From contig JAISAC010000158.1 in NCBI GenBank assembly GCA_031266935.1, forward strand, positions 6,966-70,965: a DNA stretch of 64,000 nucleotides, given 5' to 3'. Below, in pieces: positions 38,001 to 48,314 of this stretch. Position 1 is the stretch's first letter, and each line of letters begins with the position of its first letter. The notes below the pieces were generated by a model. The model worked only from the letters and a program-made list of their open reading frames with translations. It was not told where the DNA came from and made no database searches. The position numbers and the translations under genes are program-made. This DNA comes from Prevotellaceae bacterium (GTDB lineage: Bacteria; Bacteroidota; Bacteroidia; Bacteroidales; UBA932).

Positions 38001-38258
38001 TCTTCTGTAAAAAATTTTTTCCCATTTGCTCGCGCTTGGAAATCGTAAAATTTTCATGTAAGTTTGTGGACATAATTCAAAGTATAAATCTATGCATGAA
38101 GCAACGGAGGAACGCTGTAATGAAGGTGTATCACGGCACAAATGTTCGTTTTGACAGGATTGGTTTAAGGGATCTCCTAGAAACTTCTCCAAGTGAGGTA
38201 ATGAGTAACTTGCGCGGGGTAAGCTATTTGTCAACGTTGCGGTACACGCATAGTATGA

Positions 38259-38333
<75 letters not shown>

Positions 38334-38634
38334 CGAAGAAAAGGGTAAAGATAACTCTTTTTTCTTTAGCAAGCAACATAATTTTATCTCCAACCGTGCA
38401 AATAAAATGGGGTGCAAAAGAGGGCAATTTTTCCTCTTTGCGCCCCGTTCTACTTTGTGTACGCAGCGAAGAAACGCTCGGCATGAATAGTACCTGAGTA
38501 GCTACCCTAATTTTTATAACAAAACAACCTCAGTAGCAATAGATATGAAGTCCTGCCCTCAACGTCCGAAACGCCTTTCGGTTTTTCTACCGGAAAAGCT
38601 ACAAAAAATTCCAAAACTACAAAGAAATCACGCA

Positions 38635-40497
38635 ATGAAGCATTATCTTAAATTTTTCCTTAAATATCTCCTTTTTTGGATGGCGGTCTTTGCCTACGCA
38701 AGGATTGTGTTTTACATTTTCTACTTTACCGAGCTCCGCTTGCAGGGCGTAAACCTCTGGTGGGAAATTTTCCCAACGCTTTTTCACGCATGGAAGTTAG
38801 ACATTTCGGCAGCCTGCTACCTTTTGCTTGTCCCGTTTTTGCTCTGCGCTGCGCAAATGTTTTTCAAAAAAAGCTGGTCGGTGTACGCCATTTTGGGCTA
38901 CAGCGCGCTGCTCTTGCTGGTGTACTTTGGCATCGTAGGCGGAGAGATGGGTATTTACGGCGAGTGGCAGTCCAAGCTCACCTACAAGGCGTTGCTTTAC
39001 CTGAGGCATCCGGACGAGGTGGTCAACTCGGCTCCTATAGGGCAAGTGATTGCCTTGACGCTAATAGCCATCGGCAGCACGGCGCTTTGGACGTTTATTT
39101 TCAGGCGGTGGTTTTTGGATAAAAAGCTCTCAAAAGTGAAATGGTATTTTGCCGCGCCATACATTTTAATCGCGCCTGTTCTGATTTTGGGCGGCATAAG
39201 AGGCGGGACAGGGACTGCGCCCATACATCAAAGCGTTGCCTACTTTTCAAAGAAGCAAATCCTGAACGATATTGCCGTAAATCCGGCATGGAACTTTCTC
39301 CACAGCATAGTACACGGCATTGGCATTCTCGAAAAGAATCCTTTTGTTGCCATGCCGCAAGACGAGGCGGAAGCTATCGTTGCAGCCCTTCATCACGTGG
39401 AGAAGGACACAAGCCTCATGGTGCTGAGCGCTGAAAAACCGAACATCGTTATTCTTATTTTGGAAAGCTGGTCGGGGGATATGATAGAGTCTATCGGCGG
39501 CACCGCCGGCATAACGCCCAACTTTAAGCGCTTGGAGCAGGATGGGCTTATGTTTGGGCAACTCTACTCCGGCGGCAAGCGGTCGCAGCAGGGGATTGCG
39601 GGGATTTTGGCGGGCTACCCTGCCTTGCCGCAGGTAGCGGTGGGCGATTTTCCGGACAAGGCAAAGCGGCTGCCCACCCTTACGCAGCGCCTCAGCGAGC
39701 ATGGGTACCATACCTCGTTTTACTTTGGCGGGCAGCTGGACCACGGCAACGTAGGGGCTCTTATTGCGCTCAATCAGTTTGCCCGATATGTGCTCGAGAA
39801 AGATTTTACCGGTAGCCATCTGCACCGCGGCAAGCTGGGCGTACACGATGAGGATGTGCTGGCGCGGCAGCTCGAAGACCTCCGCAAAGAGCCGCAGCCT
39901 TTCTTTTCGGCGCTTTTCACGCTCAGCTCACACTCGCCGTTTGACCAGCCGCTGCAAAACGCTCTGGATTGGAGTTTGCCGCAAATGCCCTTCCTCAACT
40001 CGGTTTACTACGCCGACAAGTGCTTAGGCGAATACTTTGCCCAAGCCCGTCGGGAGGCGTGGTACGGCAATACGCTTTTCGTTCTGGTTGCCGACCACGG
40101 GCGCGTAAGCCACATTACAAGGGATTTTTACTCTTTTGAGTACCTCCACATACCCATGCTGCTCTACGGCGATGCGCTCAAGCCGGAGTTCAGGGGGCAG
40201 CGCATAAACCACCTTGCTACGCAGGCCGACCTCCCGAAAACGCTGCTAAAGCAGCTGAAAATAGACGCTACGCCATTCCCCTGGAGTAAGGATATTCTCA
40301 ATCCCTATACGGAAAACTTTGCGTACGTGGAGGAAAATGCAGGCCCCGGCTACAAGCGTCCGGAAGGAAGCTTTGTGTATAGCTTTGATAGCAACTCTTT
40401 CATCAACAAAGACCTGCCGGCAAGCGACAGCGCAAGGATTTTCAGAGAGGGGGCTGCCTATCTGCAGGTTTTGTTTCAGGAGTTTATAGAGCTGTGA
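38635..40497 (+). CDS. LTA-synthase/sulfatase-family membrane protein (alkaline phosphatase superfamily)
   Basis: Five N-terminal TM helices, then a sulfatase-like domain (NIVILILESWSGD..., LFTLSSHSPF, LFVLVADHG). The start is taken at MKHYLKFF (38635), because the upstream part of the ORF lies in repeat sequence. Confidence 0.85.
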   Translation: MKHYLKFFLKYLLFWMAVFAYARIVFYIFYFTELRLQGVNLWWEIFPTLFHAWKLDISAACYLLLVPFLLCAAQMFFKKSWSVYAILGYSALLLLVYFGIVGGEMGIYGEWQSKLTYKALLYLRHPDEVVNSAPIGQVIALTLIAIGSTALWTFIFRRWFLDKKLSKVKWYFAAPYILIAPVLILGGIRGGTGTAPIHQSVAYFSKKQILNDIAVNPAWNFLHSIVHGIGILEKNPFVAMPQDEAEAIVAALHHVEKDTSLMVLSAEKPNIVILILESWSGDMIESIGGTAGITPNFKRLEQDGLMFGQLYSGGKRSQQGIAGILAGYPALPQVAVGDFPDKAKRLPTLTQRLSEHGYHTSFYFGGQLDHGNVGALIALNQFARYVLEKDFTGSHLHRGKLGVHDEDVLARQLEDLRKEPQPFFSALFTLSSHSPFDQPLQNALDWSLPQMPFLNSVYYADKCLGEYFAQARREAWYGNTLFVLVADHGRVSHITRDFYSFEYLHIPMLLYGDALKPEFRGQRINHLATQADLPKTLLKQLKIDATPFPWSKDILNPYTENFAYVEENAGPGYKRPEGSFVYSFDSNSFINKDLPASDSARIFREGAAYLQVLFQEFIEL

Positions 40498-40695
40498 GCG
40501 GCATAAGCAACCCCCAATCACGTTGCTTCATTGGGGGGGTATTCATATTCAACCCTGCGGGTTCAGCGTCCGGTTTTATCCGATATTTGGTATAAAAATA
40601 TATTTCTTAAATTTGTAACGGGAAAAAATTATGCTATAGTTTATATTCAATAGTTGGTTAGTGTGCCAAAAATGATTTTGTTGCAACGGCGAGGA

Positions 40696-40786
40696 ACGCT
40701 TGCGCCGTCCTGTAGGGACGGGACGAAGAGAGGGGGATAATCGGGTTTTCTACCAACATTCCGTTCCTACGGGACGGCGCAAGCGT
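40696..40786. repeat. 26-bp imperfect inverted repeat (a long hairpin) just upstream of the outer-membrane protein gene
   Basis: acgcttgcgccgtcctgtagggacgg (40696-40721) pairs with ccgttcctacgggacggcgcaagcgt (40761-40786), matching at 24 of 26 positions. Each arm also contains its own small GTCC-loop-GGAC hairpin. Confidence 0.8.
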
Positions 40787-40794
40787 CTTTCGAA

Positions 40795-43700
40795 ATGCCA
40801 AAAATATCCGTAAAAAAATCAGGGCAAATGCCCCTGCTTACCACCTGCTGCCTGCTGCTACTGCTACCACTTACGCAAGCGGCAGCTGCGCGGCAGCAGA
40901 ACATTCTTCGCTCTTTTTCGCTCGCCGTTACCTCCGATACTACGCAGCTCGATACGCTAAGCATTGTGCCGCACTCGCTCGTGCTGCGCGACGGCCAGGG
41001 GCGGCTTGTCCCCGATTCGCTGTTTTGGGTGGATTACCACAGCGCCTTGCTTGTAGGGCGGCTGCTGCGCGGGCAAACCGTGCACGTTGCCTACCGCGCT
41101 TTTCCGGTTTTGTTTACCAAAGCCTATTTCAGCAAAGAGCACGAGGCATACCTATCGGGCGATACTATTTTCAACAGCCCCAACCCTTTTTTTGCTCCGC
41201 AGAGCAGCCTCTACCAGGGCGAAGGCATACTGTCCAACAGCGGTCTGGAGCATAGCGGCAGCCTCATGCGCGGCGTCAACATGAGCGTTGGCAGCAACGC
41301 TTCGCTCACCTCCGAGCTGTCGCTGCAGCTGTCGGGGAAGCTGACCGACGAGCTGAGCATGGTTGCCGTTGTTTCCGACAAAAATCTGCCCGTCAGCCCC
41401 GAAGGCAATACGGCGTCGCTACAGGAGTTTGACAAGGTTTTTGTGAGCGTTTTTACGGACAACGCCACCCTTTCGGCCGGCGATGTGGAGGTGAGCGAAG
41501 CGCAGGATTTTTTTGGAAAGCACAGCCGTAAGGCGCTGGGAGCAGAATTTTCTACGCTACAAAAAAAATCGGGCGCTGCGTACCGCGCAAGCGCCTCGGT
41601 GGGGGTAGGCAAGGGAAAATTTGCCCGCAAAACCTTGAGCATTATGGACGGCAACCAGGGGCCGTACCTGCTTTCGGGGGCCGAGGGCGAGCGCAACATT
41701 GTGGCGCTTTCGGGCAGCGAGCGCGTTTACGCCGACGGGCGGCTGCTGGAGCGCGGCAGCGACGCCGACTACACCATCAGCTACGCCACCGCCGAGATTA
41801 CCTTCATGCCGCGCTACCTTGCTACGCGCAACTCCCGCATTATTGTTGAGTTTGAGTACAGCGAGCGCAGCTACGCGCGCTACATTGCCAACCTCAAAAA
41901 CAGCGTCCGCCTGCAAAACGGCAGCGCCTACCTCAACGTCTTTTACGAGGGCGACGCAAAAAGTCAGCCCATTGACGAAAATTTGACCGAGGTCGAGAAG
42001 CAGCAGATGGCTAACGCCGGAGCGCAGTTCTGGCGGGCTGTTGCCCCTTCGGTGGATAGCGTGGCGTATAGCAGCAGCGAAATTTTGTACCGCAAAAAAG
42101 ATACCGTAGCGGGCGGCATTACTCACCACATCTATGAATACTCTACCAACCCCGGCGAGGCATTTTTCCGGTTGAAGTTTTCGGAGGTGGAAGCCGGCAG
42201 CGGCAGCTACAGCCTTGTGCGCTCTGCCGCCAACGGGCGCGTGTACGCTTGGGTGGGCAAGGGCTACGGCAGCTACGAACCCGTGCAGGCATTAGTTACG
42301 CCAAAACAAAAATTTTTGCTCACCGCCGGCGGAACATTTGGCGTTGATTCGCTTAGCGGCGTTGCCCTCGACGCCGCGCTGTCCAACAGCAACGCCAACC
42401 TCTTTGCCGTCGAACCCGCCGGCGCAGGGCGGACAGGCTTTGCCGTAAACCTGAAAGGCGACAAAGCATGGGCTATTGCCCCTCAAAGCCGGATTGTGGC
42501 TACCGCTGCAACGCTGCTGTTTGATAAAAACTTTGACGCTCCCGAGCGCTTTGTCAGCGCCGAGTTCGAGCGCGACTGGAATATTGAGGGCGAGCTGACG
42601 GGCAGAAATTTTCAGCAGTACTCAGGGCTTTTGGGCTACCGATATGCCGATAAATTCAGCGCCAACGCATCGTTGACGGTTATCAGCGCAGGCGAAACCG
42701 ACGCTACGCTCAGCCCGCTTGATACCTCCTTCTCGGCGATGCAGGGCGGTATGCTGTGCGCCGACCTCCGGCTACGGCAGCGCCGCTTTGTCGGCTTTGC
42801 CAACGCCAGCCTTTTGCGTACGCTGCAGCGCAACCGCAGTACGCAATTTGTGCGGGCAAAGGCCGAAGCAGCGCAGTCTTTTTGGCAGCTTACGGCCGGC
42901 GTACGTGGCGAGCTTGAGCACAACAACATTTCTGTTGACCAAATGCTACAGCCTGCCGGCAAAGCATTTCATGCGGAGGAGATTTTTCTGCGAAGCGACA
43001 GCGGGCGACATGCGGCGGCAATTTTTGCCCGCAGCCGTACGGATTTCATCCCGCAGCGCAGCGTGCTGCAAGCCTACTCGCAGGCGCAGGAGGCCGGCAT
43101 TTCCGGAGAGCTGAACGGAGAGGCCGTGCGCAACAGGCTCACAGCCTCCTACCGCCATGTTCGCTACGTTGACAGCGCTGCTACCGAAAACATGCTGATG
43201 GGGCGGGAGGAGTTTTCGGGAATTTTTGCAAAAGGTTTTATCAACACATCGGCGCTGTACGAGCTGGGCACAGGCATGGACCCCAAGCAGGATTTTATTT
43301 ACGTGGAGGTAGGCACAGGGCAGGGTATCTACACGTGGCGCGACTACAACGCCAACGGCGTGAAGGAGCTGAACGAGTTTGAGGTCGCCGCTTTTCGCGA
43401 CGAGGCTTCGTACATCAGGGTGGCGCTGCCCTCGCGCGAGTACGTGCAGACCTATACCGGAAAGTTCTCTTTTCAGATAAGCCTGCTGCCCGCCATGCTC
43501 TGGCAGCAGCGTAGCGGTGTGCAAGGCTTCCTGTCGAGGTTGAGCAACACATTTTCGTTTAGCAACGCGCACAAAAATTTGCGCAGCAGCTTCGCCAAAA
43601 ATGCCAACCCTTTTTTCAGCGAGCCGCTTGGCGATACCGCGGTAGTCAACCAAAGCTACACGGCGCTCAACACGCTCACCTACCTTTCGCCGGGCGCGCG

Positions 43701-44295
43701 CACCAAGGTTGAGCTGACGTGGCAAAGCAACAAGTCGAAGTACCTGCTCATAAATGGCTTTGAGCTTCGGCAAAATAGCGCTGTTGGCCTCACCGCAAGG
43801 CAGCGGCTGGCGGACGTGCTGCTGGTGAGCGCCGGAGCGCAGCGCGAAGCCAAAGTCTACGGTGCGCAGTACGCCCAAGCCAACGCCGGCTACGATATTT
43901 TGCACCATTCGCTTAGCGCAGGCGGCGAGCTCACCCCGCTAATGCACCTGCGCGTGAACGCCGCCTACAAGCTTTCCGCAAAAAAAAACCGCACCGGCGT
44001 TGAAGCTGCCGTGCTGCACGAAGCGCAGGCAGAACTCACCTGCAACTTTCCGCAAAAAGGCATGGCTGCGGGCGGGCTGGGCTTCATCTCCACTTCATTC
44101 GACGGCGAGAGCGGCGGCACGGTAGGCTACGAAATGCTGCAAGGCTACGGCGCAGGCAACAACCTCACGTGGAATCTTTCCTTAAGGCGGACGCTCGGCA
44201 AGGGGCTTGAGCTGAGCCTGCTCTACTCCGGCCGCCGGCTGCCTGTTGGAGCAACAGTGCATAGCGGGAGCATGGAGGTCAGGTTGATGTTTTGA
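40795..44295 (+). CDS. Large putative outer-membrane beta-barrel protein
   Basis: 1166 aa. N-terminal signal-like segment (LLTTCCLLLLLPLTQAAAA). Long stretches with alternating hydrophobic/polar residues, rich in Y/G/S/A. The C-terminus ...GSMEVRLMF ends in Phe, as outer-membrane beta-barrels typically do. No family recognised. Confidence 0.6.
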   Translation: MPKISVKKSGQMPLLTTCCLLLLLPLTQAAAARQQNILRSFSLAVTSDTTQLDTLSIVPHSLVLRDGQGRLVPDSLFWVDYHSALLVGRLLRGQTVHVAYRAFPVLFTKAYFSKEHEAYLSGDTIFNSPNPFFAPQSSLYQGEGILSNSGLEHSGSLMRGVNMSVGSNASLTSELSLQLSGKLTDELSMVAVVSDKNLPVSPEGNTASLQEFDKVFVSVFTDNATLSAGDVEVSEAQDFFGKHSRKALGAEFSTLQKKSGAAYRASASVGVGKGKFARKTLSIMDGNQGPYLLSGAEGERNIVALSGSERVYADGRLLERGSDADYTISYATAEITFMPRYLATRNSRIIVEFEYSERSYARYIANLKNSVRLQNGSAYLNVFYEGDAKSQPIDENLTEVEKQQMANAGAQFWRAVAPSVDSVAYSSSEILYRKKDTVAGGITHHIYEYSTNPGEAFFRLKFSEVEAGSGSYSLVRSAANGRVYAWVGKGYGSYEPVQALVTPKQKFLLTAGGTFGVDSLSGVALDAALSNSNANLFAVEPAGAGRTGFAVNLKGDKAWAIAPQSRIVATAATLLFDKNFDAPERFVSAEFERDWNIEGELTGRNFQQYSGLLGYRYADKFSANASLTVISAGETDATLSPLDTSFSAMQGGMLCADLRLRQRRFVGFANASLLRTLQRNRSTQFVRAKAEAAQSFWQLTAGVRGELEHNNISVDQMLQPAGKAFHAEEIFLRSDSGRHAAAIFARSRTDFIPQRSVLQAYSQAQEAGISGELNGEAVRNRLTASYRHVRYVDSAATENMLMGREEFSGIFAKGFINTSALYELGTGMDPKQDFIYVEVGTGQGIYTWRDYNANGVKELNEFEVAAFRDEASYIRVALPSREYVQTYTGKFSFQISLLPAMLWQQRSGVQGFLSRLSNTFSFSNAHKNLRSSFAKNANPFFSEPLGDTAVVNQSYTALNTLTYLSPGARTKVELTWQSNKSKYLLINGFELRQNSAVGLTARQRLADVLLVSAGAQREAKVYGAQYAQANAGYDILHHSLSAGGELTPLMHLRVNAAYKLSAKKNRTGVEAAVLHEAQAELTCNFPQKGMAAGGLGFISTSFDGESGGTVGYEMLQGYGAGNNLTWNLSLRRTLGKGLELSLLYSGRRLPVGATVHSGSMEVRLMF

Positions 44296-44327
44296 AAATT
44301 CAAATTAATCATTATGTCATAAAAAAT

Positions 44328-44771
44328 GGCTAAATCTTTTTTTGAGGTGCTATGAAAATAGCTTGCAGCTCGGTAGTTAATACAGAGAATGTGAGGCAAT
44401 CGGAAACCTCATTTTTACCTAATTTTTTCTAACAAAACAACCTCAGTAACACATAGTTACATTAATATATCCAAACCTCATTACCTCATTACCTCATTTT
44501 TTTTCGTGTCCATTTCATCGTTTTAATGAGGTAATGAGTCCCCCATTAAACAGCGTTAAATGTCAAATTGCAAACAACTGATAAATAATCGTTTACGATT
44601 TAGTTGTATGAAAGGTTGTTGATATACGTATTAATTCATTGCTACTGAGGTTGTTTTGTTAGAAAAATTAGGTAAAAATGAGGTTTCAAACTTTCGCAAG
44701 AATGACAGTGGGAGGGAGGAGGGAAAGACTCAGAATGAAATTTTCATAGCGCCTCAAAAAAAGAATTAGCC
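44328..44771. mobile_element. Nested-palindrome MITE-like element, copy 2 (complete, about 444 bp)
   Basis: Terminal inverted repeats ggctaaatctttttttgaggtgctatgaaaat (44328-) and attttcatagcgcctcaaaaaaagaattagcc (-44771). Second-level inverted repeat at 44404-44450 / 44639-44688. Third-level cctcattacctcatt / aatgaggtaatgag. No ORF. Confidence 0.75.
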
Positions 44772-45318
44772 GGGTTTGTTTGGGTGTATTATTTGGTTAA
44801 TTAAAATTTTGTTTCTACATTTGCCCTACCGAAATTGTACTATATGAACATCTACGAAAAAGGTTGTTGCCGTTTTTCTCGTTAGCGTTTATTGGCTATA
44901 TCGTTTAGGGAAAAAAATAAATAAAACAAAACATTATGTGGTTAGTTATTTTCATGGCAACTTTAGGTGCTACAGCGGCAATCGCTACGAGTATTGTTGT
45001 ATATCGCAACAGAGAAATACTATTTCCTAAGCATGGACACACAGCCTAATCCTTGCTTTTTTGGCATCGTTTGCCCCCCCCATTTTTATCCGTCTGTGTG
45101 TATATTATTTGCTGCTAACCTTAGTAAGCATAACGTAGAATTTAAATGTTAGAAATTTTATTCTAAGTTACTGATTACTAAGGTTTTTTTTGCAAACAAA
45201 AATATGCTTAATATTACTATAATACATTAAATATCAGAATGTTATAATTTTTTGTCATGCACTAAGAAAAATGTATTAACTTTGCAGCCATAAAAATAGT
45301 ACTCAAAAAACTACAGCT

Positions 45319-45528
45319 ATGGCAAAATACACAAAAGAGGAGTATGCGCTTGCTAAAAAGCAGTCGGATGAGTTGCTTGCGCTAATCCTCAAAAAAACAG
45401 GAACCTCGCGTAAGAAGCTTTATGAGCTTGCGAAGCACGAATTTGTTGCTGCAAACCTTGATGTTGTAACCTCTGACGAACGGAAACAGTTTGATAGATT
45501 GGTTTTTGGATTATGGGCAGTAAAATAA
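45319..45528 (+). CDS. Small hypothetical protein
   Basis: 69 aa, helical and charged (MAKYTKEEYALAKKQSDELL...). A -7 box TAacTTTG lies at 45277-45284. Confidence 0.5.
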   Translation: MAKYTKEEYALAKKQSDELLALILKKTGTSRKKLYELAKHEFVAANLDVVTSDERKQFDRLVFGLWAVK

Positions 45529-45588
45529 AACGTATTTACGTTGATACCAATTGGCAACGAATAACCCGCCAAGCAAAATAATTTTTAT

Positions 45589-46497
45589 ATGGATTTACTT
45601 ATTGCCAATAACGTAGCCAAGCGTTACACCAACCACTTGGCGCTCAATGACGTAAGCATCAGCGTTCCCACCGGAAGCATTTACGGGCTGCTGGGTCCCA
45701 ACGGAGCGGGGAAAACCACCCTGATTCGCATCATCAACCGGATTACTGCGCCCGACACCGGACAAGTGCTATTTGACAGCTGCCCCATGCAGGCCGACGA
45801 TATTCTCCGGATAGGCTACCTGCCCGAAGAGCGCGGCTTGTATAAAAAAATGAAGGTAGGCGAACAGGCGCTTTATCTGGCGCGGCTCAAAGGCATGTCG
45901 CGGCACGACGCCATGACACAGCTCAAAATATGGTTTGCCAAATTCGAAATCCAAGCATGGTGGAACAGAAAGGTAGAAGAGCTCTCAAAAGGAATGGCGC
46001 AAAAAGTACAATTCATCGTTACCATCCTGCACAAGCCCAAGCTGCTCATTTTTGACGAGCCTTTCAGCGGTTTTGACCCCGTGAACGTAAACCTGCTCAA
46101 GCAGGAAATACTGAACATGAAAGCGCAGGGCAGCACCATTATTTTCTCTACCCACAACATGGCCTCGGTCGAGGAGCTGTGCGACAGCATTGCGCTCATC
46201 AACAAATCAAAGGTGATTGTAGAGGGAAAGTTAGACGAAGTGCGCCGGCAGCATGGCGACAACATCGTAGAAGTCGCTTTCCGCGGCGACCCTGCCGAAT
46301 TGCAGCAAGCATTGCACGGCGAATATACCCTTCTCCGGCAAAAAGAACAGAACGGGATACATAAGGCAAGCATTAAAATCACGGAGCAGAAGCCTGCCAA
46401 TCATCTTTTGCAGCAGCTGTTGCCGCGCGTTGAAATCGTTGGCTTCAACGAAATCATTCCCAGCATGAACGATATTTTTATCAAATTAGTATCCTAA
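45589..46497 (+). CDS. ABC transporter ATP-binding protein (ABC-2/NatA-like)
   Basis: Walker A GPNGAGKTT, signature LSKGMAQK, Walker B LLIFDEPFSGFD. Confidence 0.9.
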   Translation: MDLLIANNVAKRYTNHLALNDVSISVPTGSIYGLLGPNGAGKTTLIRIINRITAPDTGQVLFDSCPMQADDILRIGYLPEERGLYKKMKVGEQALYLARLKGMSRHDAMTQLKIWFAKFEIQAWWNRKVEELSKGMAQKVQFIVTILHKPKLLIFDEPFSGFDPVNVNLLKQEILNMKAQGSTIIFSTHNMASVEELCDSIALINKSKVIVEGKLDEVRRQHGDNIVEVAFRGDPAELQQALHGEYTLLRQKEQNGIHKASIKITEQKPANHLLQQLLPRVEIVGFNEIIPSMNDIFIKLVS

Positions 46498-46502
46498 CCC
46501 CT

Positions 46503-47795
46503 ATGAATAAAATATTCCTTATCATCGAGCGTGAACTTCTGACGCGTGTCAAAAAGAAATCTTTCATTATTACAACCATCCTCGTCCCGCTGCTCTTTGC
46601 GGCGTTGATGGTTGTGCCTGTTCTCATTCAGGGGGTGAAGGATGACGAGCGAAAAACCATTGCCGTAGTTGACCAGTCGGGGCTTGCCGAAAAGGCGCTC
46701 CAAAACAGCGACAATTTCACTTTTGTGTTCATGCCCCATGCGGCGCTCGACTCTTTGAAGCAAAACTTCAGCCGAAGCAATCTCTATGCGGTGGCCGCCA
46801 TCGGCGACCTGAACGAGAAGAAGCAACCGGCTATCGACCTGTATGCGTTCAAGCAGCCCAACATGGACGTCCAGCGCTATATTGAGCGCGGCTTCAAAGA
46901 CGCCGTAGAGCAGCACAAGCTGGAATCCTACCACATTCAGGGGCTTGACACCATTATTGCGTCCATCAAAACGGACGTCCGGTTAAAAACATTTATCTGG
47001 GGCGACGACGGCCAGGAAAAAGCCACGAATACCGGCCTCTACATGGGTATTTCATACGCCTTGTCGTTCATGATTTATATCTTTATTTTCATGTTCGGCA
47101 GCATGGTCATGCGCGGCGTGATCGAAGAAAAGTCCAGCCGCATCATCGAAGTCATCGTGTCGTCGGTGAAGCCGTTCCAATTGATGATGGGGAAAATTAT
47201 AGGCATTGCTTCGGTCGGCCTGCTGCAATTTGTCATTTGGATAGCATTAACGCTCGGCGTTGCGACGGTTCTGCAAGGCGTCATCAGCGACCCTGCCAGC
47301 ATTGAAAACATCACACAAATCATGCCGGTGGGCGACAGCATCTCCTCCATATTCTCCATGCTGGGCAGCATTAGCTACACGGCGGTTATTTTGTCGTTCC
47401 TGCTTTACTTCCTTTTCGGCTACCTCCTGTATGCCTCGATGTTTGCCGCCATCGGATCGGCAGTGGAAAGTGAAGCCGATACGCAGCAGCTGATTATTCC
47501 GGTAACCATCCCGCTCATCATCGGAATATTCCTGATGCTTCATACCTTCCAGTATCCCGACAGCTCGCTATCGTTTTGGGGATCCATCATTCCGTTCACT
47601 TCCCCCATGGTGATGATGGCGCGCATACCGTTTGGCGTTCCTCTTTGGCAAGTGGCGCTTTCGCTCTCCCTGCTGCTAATTACTTTTATCGGCATAGCTT
47701 GGGTGGCAGGAAAAATCTACCGCACCGGCATTTTAATGTACGGCAAAAAGCCGACTTTAAAGGAAATGCTGAAGTGGATAAATTATAAAAATTAA
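46503..47795 (+). CDS. ABC-2 family permease (NatB-like)
   Basis: 430 aa. An N-terminal TM helix, a large extracytoplasmic loop and about five C-terminal TM helices. It directly follows the ATPase gene. Confidence 0.85.
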   Translation: MNKIFLIIERELLTRVKKKSFIITTILVPLLFAALMVVPVLIQGVKDDERKTIAVVDQSGLAEKALQNSDNFTFVFMPHAALDSLKQNFSRSNLYAVAAIGDLNEKKQPAIDLYAFKQPNMDVQRYIERGFKDAVEQHKLESYHIQGLDTIIASIKTDVRLKTFIWGDDGQEKATNTGLYMGISYALSFMIYIFIFMFGSMVMRGVIEEKSSRIIEVIVSSVKPFQLMMGKIIGIASVGLLQFVIWIALTLGVATVLQGVISDPASIENITQIMPVGDSISSIFSMLGSISYTAVILSFLLYFLFGYLLYASMFAAIGSAVESEADTQQLIIPVTIPLIIGIFLMLHTFQYPDSSLSFWGSIIPFTSPMVMMARIPFGVPLWQVALSLSLLLITFIGIAWVAGKIYRTGILMYGKKPTLKEMLKWINYKN

Positions 47796-47815
47796 AAATT
47801 GCTGCGCTTTGCACA

Positions 47816-47846
47816 GAACAAAGCCTCCTAAAAAGAGGCTTTGTCA
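47816..47846 (+). terminator. Hairpin terminator after the ABC-2 operon
   Basis: Stem ACAAAGCCTC / GAGGCTTTGT with a 7-nt loop. The T-run is weak. Confidence 0.5.
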
Positions 47847-48314
47847 TGACATCACGAAAAAAAAATCGAATTTTCTTTTGCAGTTTAGGAAATTTTTTTG
47901 TATGTTTGTAATGCAATCGGGGAAAGAGTGAGGGAGATAATGCCCCCGCTTTCTCCACCAAAGTTCGGGTAGCCTAACAGCTACCCGAAGCTCTTTTATA
48001 GCTACTGTATGAAAATAGATTTTAGTACGCCTTTTTTGTTTATGTAGTAAACATTGGGCATAGGATTAGGGATGCATTCCTGACGGGATGCGCGAGAGAT
48101 GTCACGGCATGTTTTTGCTACCGAGCGATGCATCCCGCTGGGATGCAAAGACGACATGGAACATTTATATATTTTTTATCCCTTAGCGTTCCTCATGCTA
48201 ACCGGGATAATCAAGCTTTACTGAGCGTGTCCCACCCATGCTTTGTCTATTTTTTGTTCCATATCAAGCTACTTCTTAAAAATTTCATTCCACTTTTCAA
48301 TAATCAGCGGCAGC

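Noticed and set aside
38545-38634. An N-terminal extension of the sulfatase-family ORF (MKSCPQRPKRLSVFLPEKLQ...).
   Set aside because: This stretch is a copy of the 78-bp intergenic repeat also found at 37645-37722 and contains a terminator-like hairpin. The internal ATG at 38635 begins directly with the first TM helix.
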